From Chrysomallon squamiferum (taxonomy: Eukaryota > Animalia > Mollusca), in NCBI GenBank assembly GCA_012295275.1, contig CM022665.1, forward strand, positions 23,188,001 to 23,252,000: DNA of 64,000 nt, in the 5' to 3' direction. A program made the position numbers and the translations under genes. The first letter of the stretch is position 1. Each line of letters begins with the position of its first letter. Positions 14,240 to 26,814 of this stretch are shown here, piece by piece. The notes under the pieces were generated by a model, which was not told where the DNA came from, did not search any database, and worked only from the letters and a program-made list of their open reading frames with translations.

Positions 14240-15221
14240 AACTAAAAATAATAATAAATAAAAAAACAATTATGGTATTCTTTTAAATATGAAAACATTA
14301 CTGGATTACTTATCCAGCTAAAACTATTTTGAAAACTATTTTCAAAACATATCTAATATATACCCCTGGTATAATAAACAGTTGCTAGTAATTGTATTAA
14401 CATTATTATCAATGTGACAGAATATATAACAACATCTTGTAAAGGATAATATGCATATTTATTACAGATGATACAGTGAAGCAAACAATAAACAAAGAAA
14501 CAAACAAATAAATTAATATTCAAATACAAAAAGTAAAAAAGTAAAATAATAATAAATAATAAGAATTAAAAAATATATGTTAAAATGAAATAGAGACATA
14601 AACAAAAGAAACAACATTAATTTTAAATAGTGCGTTTTACATAAATTAATTCTTCATAAACCATTAAATAATAATAACAATATTAAACCATACATGCATA
14701 TTTTTACTTTTTACATTTACAACACTAATAACAAAAAAAAAAAAAAAAAAAAAAGTATCGATAAAGAAATTTATTAATCTTAAGATTCCTGTTGAAATTC
14801 ATATAAATAAATTTTAGACATCAGTTCATATTATATTTGTAAAAGTCAAATCTTTGTTTCATTTTAATAATGTAAATATATAAAGTGTACCGCCTGTAAG
14901 AAATTCTTTAAAAGCAAATGGAAAAATATCAGCCCTGCACCTAAAGTAACATTATATTAAACACACACTGAAGGATAAATATGGTATGTGAAGAAAACAA
15001 ATAGTTTTAGTCATTCACTTTCATCATATCAACGTTTGTCTAATATAGACCTTTAGGTTTATCCAAAGACGTAGTTTGTGTTTGCCTAAAATATAAAAAC
15101 AAATAAATTACGAAAAAGTGTGACATGGAATCGTCATCATCATCACTGTTTTAAACAACAATTTCACACTACGGCTTTGGAGTAACAAAAAACTAAGTTA
15201 ACGATTATAGGAATAAAGGAT

Positions 15222-16711
15222 TTACTGCTTGGAAACGACATTTCGCGGTATTTCGTAGGACCCTGTTTCGTACAGAGTTTGTTTGCTGCCCTCCACGTTA
15301 CGTCGTAATGACACAACTCGAACAATGAAAACGAGGCAGATCACGAGGAGGATGAAACACAACACCGTCATCGCAACCACAGCCGCCGTCAATTTGTTGA
15401 CGTAAACGCTCTTGGTCTCAGGTTTCTGGCAGACTGAAAGAATAGCGATTGTTTGAAAGAATTATTAAAAGTCTGAAATTATGGAAAAAAACAAGACAGA
15501 AATACAAAACGGTGCGATAGCAAAAACAGATGTCATTTAAGGTCAAAACAATAATCAATTCAAGATCTCACCGGTAGATTATATTTGGCCCGCCTTACCC
15601 TCAAGTGCGTGCTGAGATGTTTTAATTTTATCGTATACATGTGCAACTGTCTAATGCTTTTCTGACATTATTATTCTTTCGAAGATCGGTCTTAGCAAGT
15701 CTATATAACATTCTGACAAAACACTTACTGTCCTGGAATGATTCGACGACGTTGATCTTGTAGTTAACAATTCTTGTATTGTCTGCATTCTCAGGTGCTG
15801 ATCTCTTTTTTCTGTTTGTACACTGTACATATTTAAATAAATAAATAAATTTAATTTTTTTTACCAAAAAGTTAAAATAAAAACAATTTGCTAACTGACT
15901 GCAAATTAAACATGCTATTTAATACTAATTATAATTTAAATAATTAATGACGTAAGTTTTCTCATTTTCTGAACTGAAATGATCGATATATTTATTATAA
16001 ATTTACCACAGATGGATCACATGGCAATGTATCGTTGACAATGCAAAGTTTTAGAGTGAATGTCCACTTCAGATCATTGGCGCCGTCGTATTTCACAACC
16101 AGCAAACGAGCCTCGGCTATCTCAGGATTGGTGACGCTAGTGCTGATGGGTGGCGATCCAATGAACGCTTCTTTACCAGGAAGAGGACAACTGACGTATT
16201 AAAGCAATACAAAGATAGTTTTGTAATCGTTGTCTTTGTTGCTTCTTTTTTAAATGATTTAACTTTATCATCATTATTTATTTTTCAATATCTTCATCAT
16301 CTACATCATCTTCAAAATTGTTTTTGTTATTATCACACTTTCTTGTAGCTGTAGATAATTTTAGTTGTGGTATTATTATCAAATACCATAACTAACAGTA
16401 GTTGCAGCAGCAGTAGTAATGTTGTTTGTTTTTGTATTGTTGTTGTTTTTTTTGTTTTTTTTTTTTTTTGTTGGGTTTGTTTAATATATTTGCTTAATGC
16501 ATTGTTTTTAAAATGATGTAACAAATAAAAGACTTGCATGTTTTTCTGTTACTTAAACATAAAAATGATGTTTTACTTACCCATCTTCAAAAATTGTTAT
16601 ATTCCTTTTTCCTGTTGCTGATACGTCAATTTTATTTATTTTCAATTTTGCTATGTCTGAAAGAAATCATCAGAAAGTCACAAAAAAATCATCATCATCT
16701 TCATCATCATC

Positions 16712-16809
<98 letters not shown>

Positions 16810-19228
16810 ACCACTGTTTCCATTAAACGAGAAAAAGATTTCGGCTCCAATTTTCTGGATTTGGCTGTTAGGAGTTACGGAGAGTCTGACATCTCCCAAA
16901 GTACCCTGTTCACTTACTTCACCAAAAGCCGAACTGAGAAAAATAGTTAAAACGACATTAGACTCAGAAACAACAGATAAATATCATAAATGTTACTTTG
17001 ATTTAGGTTACGATAATCTGATTACGAGTTAACACGTAATAATGTTAAATGTACTGTTTTTCATGTTGTTCAGTTCTTTACCATTACTACCGTCACGTTA
17101 TCATAATTTTGTACTTATTCGCCCAACATCTACTTAGACTGGGAGAAGGAAGAAAATAAATGAATTAATAGACTTACTTATCATCTACTTTTACGGTTGA
17201 CACTGAGTAATCCTTCAAGATCTCTCCATCAAAAACACATTGGAAAACCACAACAAAATCAGCATCAGTGAGAACTATGGAACTTTCTTTCACCACTAAC
17301 TTCCTTTCCCAAGTTTTCACATTCTGTCATAATTTTTTGAACTATTAGTAGCGTTAGGTTATGTAATTACGGTGGTCATAGTTGTTGTAATGTAGAAGTA
17401 TAGATAGTATATATAGTATTACTAACAGCAGTAGTAGTAATAGTGATAGTGGTAACAGAAGTAACAATAATAGTAGAAGTGGTAGTACAGCTAATAGTAG
17501 TAGTAATAAAAACTATAATTGTATTAACTGTATTAGTAAAAGTAGCAGCCGGGGTGGTAGTAGTAATAGTAGTAGTAGAGTAGAAGTAGTAGTAGTAACA
17601 GTAGTAGTAGCACTAATGGTAATTGTAATGGAACAAACAATACTGATGCAGCTATATTAGGTTGTTTGTGAAATTTTCTTCGTTGTTCTAAATGAGAAAT
17701 GACAACTATAAAGGAAAAGAGCAGAAAAAGATATAAATACTCAGAACATTTGTACTATCGAAAAATAAGCATCAGCGTAATGTTAAACAGACACAAAACG
17801 AGGTGAACATTTTAATAGCGTTATAGATAGTAATTCTGGGTTAATTATAAAGCAAATAATACAACTAATTTAATTAAGCATTCTGTTGAATTGAAACTTG
17901 TTCACAGAATTACAATTTACAAATAAAACATACAATATATGTTTGTTCTTTGTTAAGATTATATTAAAGTGATTTATTGGTATTAAATATTTAATGCTGT
18001 ACCTGCGGATTAAATTTAAGAAAAAATAAAGCAAATAAAAGTATGTATTTTGAATAAAGACGTGAGTGTGTTGTGCGTTTTAATTTTATGAATAACAATA
18101 CCAGTACTACCAATAATAGTAAATGTCACAGTAATGTTAATTGTTCAGCAAAATTGTAGATACAGTTCTAATATTATTTTAGAGACAGTTTATTAAAAAG
18201 TGAACGAAAAAATGCATAAGGCAGTAAAAAAAAAAAAAAAAATATGATAAATTGTAATTAGTACAATACGTACTCCTGATGTCATTGGAGTAACATCACC
18301 ACAAGTTGCGTCATTATGAGGTATTGTCTTACTGTATGTGTTTGTTCCCATGAGCATACACGAAGAGTGTCCAAGAACGTATATACCTCCATTAGGTACG
18401 AATGCAGGTGTAAGTGTCACATTCATATAGTCTTTTGTACACGTGACAGCAACTGAAAATATCATTATTTAAAAATAAAAAATAAAAATAAAAAATAAAA
18501 TAAAATAAAATAAAAATACAAATACATTATTAAAAACGATAGAGATCAAAATATACGAACGGAGGAGGAACAAATCAAAACAGTCTACATGGATAGCTTT
18601 GGTAATGATCAGTTGTTTCAAATCAGATCTGTTTTGTAAGACAACTACTGTTACGTGTCTCTGATGCGGAGGTGTTAATATACACTGTAGTTTAATTAGA
18701 CTGCCATGTATCTATACTTACAACGTTTAGTTTCACACTTCGTTCCCATGAATTCGGGAGCACAGTAACACACTGGATCAGCTCCTCCGGCTCCATCATC
18801 AGAACACGAAGCTCCATTCTGACATCCGAAAGTACCACAGTCACCGCCATCTTTGTTTGCTGTTAATAAAACACTTACAAATCAGGGCTAATTGTACGTA
18901 TATGTAGGAAAACATAAAAGAAAAATTCACTGAATCTTCTAATTTCTATTTTGATCTTTGGTTTTTTTTCACTATTAATTATTGATATTTAGCAATTTAA
19001 AATAATATAACAACAAATACTGCTACAAATATAGTACTCCTGACCTTGGTGCCATTGTTGCTGTTACTACTACTACTACTACTACTACTACAGCAATACT
19101 ATAGTATTCTGACCTTGGTGCCATTGTTGCTGTTACTACTACTACTACTACTACAGCAACTCTGAGTAATAAATATATAATGACAACAGTAGTAATACAA
19201 CAACTATAACTACAACAACATCAATAAC

Positions 19229-19267
<39 letters not shown>

Positions 19268-20148
19268 TAATGATGATGATGAAGATAATAAAGGGTGATG
19301 AAGTTACTATTATTAAGTACTGCGCAGTAATTTAAATCGCTCACCGTAGATTTATTCTCACTCACCGATGTCAAAACTGCAATCGTATCCTTGATTAGGA
19401 CAACCAGAGCAGTCTCCGATATTACTGCATGATCCATTAGACGCACATGAAAGCTGAGGATTTCGGCAGTCCCAAAATGTAGCAATCGCTGCAACGAAAG
19501 ATAAAACAGTAATATCTACGTTCTTCTTAGCATTTGTGTTATCCGTCTAATAACAACGGTCTCCCTTGAAAAGTAAATCTTTTTTTTTTAAATTTTAATT
19601 TTGATTTTAATTTTGATTTTTTTATCTATTCAGTTCGAAACGTGAAAAGCTTGGTTTACAAGATATATATAAATAAAAGAGGTTCACGAAAATTCAGAAT
19701 AAAAAGAAAAAATGAAAGAATGAATGAATGAATGTTTAACGACACCCCAACACAAAAACCAAAAAATAATATTACTGTTATTGGGTGTCAAACAAAGTTA
19801 AATATACTAAAATAGGAGGGAAAAAAAACAAAAGAGAAATAAAATAAGCAAGATTACATAATGTATCTGTTTGTGCACAATTCCTGACTACAGAAAACTA
19901 CTGAAAAATAAAGTCCAAGAACTATAGTAATAGTAAACAGGTGAGAAATAATTTTAAAGTTTTACATCTTGATTTCATTTTTGTTATTACGCCAGAGACT
20001 GCGCAGTCGCGTAATTTTTCCTATAGAGTTTTAATATTTTATTCATAACACACATCTTTCTCGCTGTCAGTGGTTTGTGTTATAAATACTCACTTCCTGA
20101 TATTCCCAGCAAAAACAGAAGAAAAACCTTTTCCTTGATTATCGACAT
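15222..20148 (-). CDS. EGF-EGF-ZP transmembrane protein, paralog B1 (442 aa; molluscan EGF-ZP/ELDP shell-matrix-like)
   Basis: Exons 20148-20094, 19488-19366, 18859-18722, 18452-18274, 17323-17178, 16933-16812, 16656-16581, 16190-16007, 15822-15729, 15433-15222; GT-AG, 1329 nt in frame. Signal MSIIKEKVFLLFLLGISG; EGF1 WDCRNPQLSC..GYDC; EGF2 CGTFGCQNGASC..CYCAPEFMGTKCE; ZP-N with 4 Cys (VTCTKDYMNV..FQCVF); furin site RKKR; hydrophobic patch RIVNYKINVV; TM helix; tail ..LYETGSYEIPRNVVSKQ*. Confidence 0.92.
19030..19160. repeat. Two-copy tandem repeat of about 70 bp in a B1 intron
   Basis: tatagta..ctgaccttggtgccattgttgctgttac(tac)n agcaa occurs twice. Confidence 0.85.
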
Positions 20149-20576
20149 GCTAAAATAAAAATAAAATAATTCATTAAGTGGTTTTATCTGCATAATTTAA
20201 TTTATGTTGTTTCTTGATAATGGTCCTTTTGTTGCGTCGGAATGAAGTGGTTGTCATATTGGAGAATATAATAATATTACTGACTACTTTTGTATTTTGT
20301 TTTTATTTTTAACGTAAACTGATTAGTGGCAGTAGTAGCACTAGCAGTAGTAGTAGCAGCAGCAATAATAGATAAATAAAACCGAAATATCTGATAAAAA
20401 AAAGTTTCAAAACCAAATAGAATGTGGATTTTTTTAAAATTATCTCTGTCTGTCTGTCTGTCTATATATCGGTCGCTATCTATTTTGTAAACATAAATTG
20501 AAAAAATAAAAAATGAAATAATAATATAAATTAATTTGATAAATTAAAACAAAATTTAACAAACATTGGTACTTAC

Positions 20577-20651
20577 ATGAAGGAATGATTCGCACAGTTT
20601 GATTTAAAATGCAGAAGTCTGCTTTAAAATAACATAAGCTTCAATTTTATA
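20577..20651 (-). promoter_or_regulatory. TATA box and non-coding first exon of B1
   Basis: TATAAAA at 20651-20645 and GTAAGT donor at 20576; same layout upstream of B2 and B3. Confidence 0.55.
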
Positions 20652-20975
20652 CCTTTTCGAAATTCCAGTATAATGAAGGGAGTGAAAGGGCGGTCTTTAT
20701 AATTTCATCAAGGTGTTTTATTATTGGTGGCTGTCGTAGTAACCATGCAGAGTACACGTAACTGGGTGTGTCCAGAAGTAACTTATAAACAGAGAAACCC
20801 CAAACGTCAACATTTTTTTTCTTTCTTCTTTTTCTTTATTCATTCTGTAGCTTTCTTCTTCTTCTTTTATACTTTTTTTTTTCTTTATTCTTTACTGTAA
20901 ATCATGAAACTGTTACCTTGCTAAATGATAGCGAGTGCATATACAAATATATACAAACACACATACATACATACA

Positions 20976-21070
20976 CGCCAGTGGGTTCCCGAATATTGTC
21001 TATGTGCAGTTTAATCAGACGTACATATGACAGAGAATATTCAAAATCCTAAAAATACATACATACATAC
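20976..21070 (+). mobile_element. 5'-truncated copy of the SINE at 37841-38054, with (ACAT)n tail
   Basis: cgccagtg.gttcccgaatatt...gacgtacata.gacagagaatattcaaaatcctaaa matches the reverse complement of about 37841-37932. Confidence 0.7.
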
Positions 21071-21775
21071 ACACATCCACACAGACGTACATACATACAC
21101 ACACACACATATACACACATGCATTATCCACGCATAATACGTTTGTATTATACATTCATGTTAAACGTGTATAATATAAATAAACTAAAACGAATTGCTA
21201 AAATAATGACGTAACATTATATTTTCTATTAATGAAATACAATGGGATGGTAATTTTTGTTTGATTTTCTTCGGATGAGACTGTTGAAAAAAACATTACA
21301 AATAAATTTGTTATAAAAGTTATTAAGACTGATAATACTGAATAGCATTTATCCTATTAATTTTATGTTTTGCAGAAAACATTTATTCATTTGCAATGTT
21401 TATAGTTAAAAGGAAATAGTTTTGATATCAAACGAAGCGAATGATTTAGGTTCAATCCTAGCCGTTCACAATAAATAACCGGGAATAGTGCAAAAAATGC
21501 ATATATATATATCTGTGTGTGTGTCTGTGTGTGAGTGGTTTTATTTTAAAATATTCAGGCATCCCCTACTGATTTGTCTCCGGCGCAGATAAATAATACA
21601 TGCAAAGCTTTAAAATATTCCCCACATGTATATCTCAACATAAAACCGTTTGTTGTTAATCGATGCGTAATCCAAGGTGTCATTTCACTCAGTTTCATCT
21701 CAGATTTTACAAACAAAATCATTTCAGAAAAATAAAAAAAAAAAAAAAAAAAAAAAAAAATAAAATAAAAATAAA

Positions 21776-21838
<63 letters not shown>

Positions 21839-22586
21839 CACAAAAACAAACAAACAAAAGTTAATATTAAGTTTTGTTGGGGTATCATCAAATAAAGTAA
21901 TATTTATTTATGATTTTGTTTTTCTTCATTCACAAAGACATCTGATGTCTGAACTTACGTGTGAAATCACCCGCTGTTGTTTTAGCACCGAAACTCCAGG
22001 GTAGTCATAACCATAATTTATTTAATTCTTTTAAACTGGGCGTTCACTTCCCTCAGATAATGTCCGAGATATTTTGCAAATAGCAGAAATAAATGTAGCA
22101 GAGACAATAAAAATCTTATTTCAAGTTTAATTTGCTAGACCATTTACACGTTTTAGAAATTATACTAATCTTAAAAAGTTCGGGATCACAAAAGCACTGC
22201 ACGGAGTTCGATTGTTCTGTTTTAGCTGTTAACCTACTGATGTGTTCAACCCTTTCTTCGCACAGGTGCACAATCGCTCAACCGTGACAGGTTGCAGATG
22301 CTCAGTTTACGACCTTTAGTGCAATATAATAGTACTATTAAAAGTCAGTTTGAAAAGAAGTTTGTATTATCTTTATTCGAATTTAATATGTAAAAGAGTT
22401 GCAAATGGACCTTACAGTTCTCACCTAAGTAACCAGCAAACATTTGTTTTTTTAATCATTTTCTCACTCGCTCTCTGTCGGATGGTTTGAGTTACACGAT
22501 GAAACGTACTTTTTAATAATCTCTACCCTTTTTTATTTATCTATCAGTATACTTACATTTTTTACACTTAATTAAAAAAACAAGAT

Positions 22587-22617
<31 letters not shown>

Positions 22618-22627
22618 AATAATAATA

Positions 22628-22670
<43 letters not shown>

Positions 22671-23541
22671 AATAAATAAATGAATGAATGAATCAGTATA
22701 TCATAAAGGCGACTGAAAATTAAACCTTTCCCTTAACTTGTTGGGTTATGTATATTTGTTCTATCCATCTATCTTTCTATCCATCTATGTATCTGTCTAT
22801 CTATATATGTATACATATACATACATATACATTGTTATTATTATTTGTTCATGTAGTCTGATGTTACTCGAATTATGATGTAACTAAAATAACTTAAATT
22901 CACTGCTTGTCATGAAAATATGTGTTTATTGTGAAATTAGCGATGTCCTGTACATTTATGTAATCGAAAACAAAATTCTCGTTGCTTAGTTTATTTTCTA
23001 AGTAATGTGACTTGGCAAGAAACTGAAGTGTGTATACGTATACAAACACATACGTAATTATGTACATCCTTAACTTCATTCATGTGTACATACAGACAAA
23101 TGTATTGCATATTAGTACATACTATCACATACTCCAAATCAGTTTCTTAACTGATTTAAAACATTTCAGCTGTAAATTTTGTTATGTATTTGTGTGTTTG
23201 TTTCTTTATTTGTTCGTTTGTACATTTTTTGAAGATTTCGTTTTATTCAAATTTATTTTAATGCTTAGTTTTTCATACAAAACCTCACTGCGTCAGCTTT
23301 ACATGATTCGTACATATCGACCTTCTTTTATCGTACTTAAATAACGTAAAAAAAAAAATAAAAAAAAAAAAAAAAAATCCCAGAACAATCGACTTCCTTG
23401 TAATGTCATAAAAGATAATAGGAATGAACTTTAGTAAAAGATACTTCAGATGTAGGCGGCACAAAATTAAGCTTTCAGTCAAACTGTTATATTTCGTATC
23501 AAACAGTTTTTGAAAACAACGTTTGCATCTGCAATCATCTT

Positions 23542-23999
23542 AATGTGTCTGAAGTAACCGGATATTCAGTATTAAATAAACAGTAGTAATATTTCTGTTC
23601 ATTTTCATTTTTAGAATCATTTTAATATTGTATAGGTGTGGGAGCCAAAAGGCCCGCTGTGCAAGTAAAATATTATTACTAAAACATCAGCTGGAATTGA
23701 ATGTCACAGAAAATTTACATTCTAACGTAATCCTACCCACACAATAATCCCTAGATGACGTATTCTTAAAAGTATTGTTAAACTGTTACTATGCCCTTAA
23801 TATTACCCGTTGTTAATATTGTTACATAACGAAACAGTACACTTCATAATTATTCTTAGCTAATCACCTACCTTTAATGACGTTGTTATATATTGCTAAA
23901 CATTTTATTGTTGGGTTTTTGGGGGCAGGCTGTTGTCTCCTTCATTTCTTTATTTTATTTTATTTTTTTCGTTTTATTTTATTTTTTTTTTTCGTTTTA

Positions 24000-24051
<52 letters not shown>

Positions 24052-24128
24052 TATTTTGTTCGTTTTGTTTGTTTGCTTCTTTTATTTTATTTTATTTTAT
24101 TTTTTTATTGTAGATGCTTTGACTATCC

Positions 24129-24164
<36 letters not shown>

Positions 24165-24919
24165 TAAATATTACAAGTATATATATTTGTATATCTGTGT
24201 GTGCTTGTGCTTAAAGGTATATGTATGCATGCGTGGAAGTATGTTTGTATATATGTCTATGTGTATTTGTTTCTCTGTCTTTGCATATAATGTTACGTGT
24301 TTGTATATATGCATGTATGTCACTATATTTGTGTGTAAGACTATGTATTTGTATATAACTATGTGCCTTTGTAATGCATGTGTGTATGGATACAAATAAA
24401 TGTATGTAGTATGTTCTAATGTGTGTTTCGAGAGGTAAATCAGTGTAAGATGCACACTCGTTGCCAACGACTTACTTAAAGTAGATTCATTTGTGATAGT
24501 TCCTTTATCGTAACATATGTACTAAGCATATATTTCAGCAAATATCCTAAATCACAATGTTTTGTATGAATATGCACTTCTGTGTATACGTGTGTTTATA
24601 TCTGTAAGTCTGCATGCCTAGTATGTTTGTACGTACGTATTTATTATATGTTGCATTTGTGCCCAAATCTACATACATAATGTAAAAGTATGGCGGTATT
24701 TCAAAACATAAGAAGGAGAAGAAGAAGAGAAACAGGAGAATGAGTGCTACAAAGAGCAGGGAACTCAAGTACAATTTAAAAGAGAAATACTATCACAGTT
24801 GTCTCCCCGTCTCCCTGTTTAACAATATTTAGAAAACGGAATAATAATAATAATAATAATATCGTTTTTATTATTAGTGACGTTATTATAATTACTAGCA
24901 TCATTATCATCATCATCAC

Positions 24920-24962
<43 letters not shown>

Positions 24963-25521
24963 ATATTTTAAGTACTATTAAAAGGCTTCATAAGTATGAC
25001 TAAGACCGCACATAGAAGAAGAACGGAAATCTGTTGTTGCCGCTAATCTTTTGGGATGAGCAGCAATGAATATTTTATGTACACCTTCCCATACCAAGAT
25101 CATCACTGGGATCATGGCCTATGTATTAAGAAGAAAACTAACAAACGTAAAGTGCATTATTATTTTAATTTACTTTTTCTCTGGCTTTAAAATGATAATA
25201 TTAGTAATATTTTGAGTCGTTGTTGATTAAATTAACAAAACAGGTGTGCTGATTCTGGCTGAAGCATAATAATTCAAAAAAAAAAAAAAATTAAAAAGAT
25301 CTGAAACAAAAGGATAATACGAGAGTGCACTCACTTCTATTACGGGGCTAAACAAATTGATTAATCATTTAGAACTTGTAAAATATATAAAAATTAACAA
25401 CAAAAAATAAATTCTAAATATGAAGAAACCGAAGGAGGAGAGTTTAAATTCACTTAAATAAAAAAGTTAAATTCATTGAATTTTATGAAAATTCATAGAG
25501 TAAAACTTTAATATTTTCATT

Positions 25522-25557
<36 letters not shown>

Positions 25558-25970
25558 CATCCAAAAAACAACGATTGAGTGCATGGAATATTGGCAGTTT
25601 GGTAGTAATAAGCGGAAATACAGTAACAAACATTTGAAAGCAGCTGATAACAATTTCAATAAAAGTGAAACTGGAAAATGTTTTTACGCCATATGGATTA
25701 TATAATATTACAGGAATATATATATATATTTTTTTTTTACAAAACTGTTCCTGGGTAAGATACTTTCCACAAAGGAACAAGTTAATGTTTGCTGGCGACC
25801 ATGCGTGGGATGTCGTAGGACCCTGTTTCGTACAGATTCTGTTTGCTGCCCTCCACGTTACGTCGTGATGACACAACTCGAACAATGAAAACGAGGCAGA
25901 TCACGAGGAGGATGAAACACGCCACCGCCATCGCAACCACTGCCGCCGTCATTTTGTTGACGTAAACGCT
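23542..25970. repeat. Block X: recent direct segmental duplication with 48564-50970 (3' flank of the ..VASKH* terminal exon)
   Basis: Near-identical from aatgtgtctgaagtaaccgg onward; differences are mostly microsatellite lengths. Confidence 0.9.
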
Positions 25971-25987
25971 CTTGGTCTCAGGTTTCT
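25782..25987 (-). pseudogene. Orphan copy of the EGF-ZP terminal exon (TM plus tail, ..VASKH*), native acceptor lost
   Basis: Encodes KPETKSVYVNKMTAAVVAMAVACFILLVICLVFIVRVVSSRRNVEGSKQNLYETGSYDIPRMVASKH*; cut at 25987 by an inverted fragment. Confidence 0.85.
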
Positions 25988-26310
25988 TTGTTCGAGTTGT
26001 GTCATCACGACGTAACGTGGAGGGCAGCAAACAGAATCTGTACGAAACAGGGTCCTACGACATCCCACGCATGGTCGCCAAACAATAAAATATTCGACCT
26101 ATCATTTCTATTTCATTATGAAATCCATGTAATAGTAACTTGCTTATTTTTACTCTTTGACAGAGCTGTACCTGAATGAACAAAATGAGACTGACAGTTT
26201 TTCACTATCGAAAGAAATAAAATGACTTTAAACAGATGTATTCATGTGATGTGGTACAGCACTGTGAAAGAGATGTATCGGGTAAATACTGAGCTTTTGT
26301 ATTTGATAGC
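25988..26310 (+). pseudogene. Inverted fragment of the terminal exon (..VAKQ*) plus 3' UTR
   Basis: Reverse complement of 29936 downwards: near-perfect to about 26229, then decayed similarity to about 26310. Track ORFs 25988..26179(+) and 29745..29936(-) are identical. Confidence 0.9.
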
Positions 26311-26570
26311 TAAAAAATGTTAACTAACATTTTAATGTATAATTGTGTTAAAATGTGGGAAGTAAAAGGAGGGCAATTTTGTAAATCCATTGCTTTTAGT
26401 GAAAACAATATTTTCTTTTGGTCACTTTTCAGGTTCAGTTATTTTTCTATACATTAGGCACACATTACATGTTCACAAGCCATTTCGGAAAAAAAAACAA
26501 AATAATAATAATAATAATATATAAATTTTTTTTTTTTTTTATAAAATAAATAAATAAATAATGACGATTT

Positions 26571-26579
<9 letters not shown>

Positions 26580-26603
<24 letters not shown>

Positions 26604-26774
26604 ATTAATAAATAAATAAATAAACAAACAAAATAAACTGAATTTACTTTAGGTAAATTAGTAGATCTAATTCGGAGCGTTTTACATTTATTTGTATTAT
26701 CATTTTTTTGTCATTTTCAGTAAAAACGGACTGTCAGCTATTTTGTTAGCACCGTACAAAAAAAAAAAAAAAAA

Positions 26775-26814
<40 letters not shown>

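Noticed and set aside
16007-16656. ZP-C apparently lacking one canonical cysteine pair
   Set aside because: Shared by all three paralogs and, from recollection, by other molluscan EGF-ZP proteins, so probably a family trait rather than a novelty.
25782-26030. 82-aa ORF as a stand-alone TM microprotein (also the antisense ORFs MFELCHH../MLPSTLRR..)
   Set aside because: Non-ATG start and produced by reading across the inversion junction or antisense to the terminal exon.
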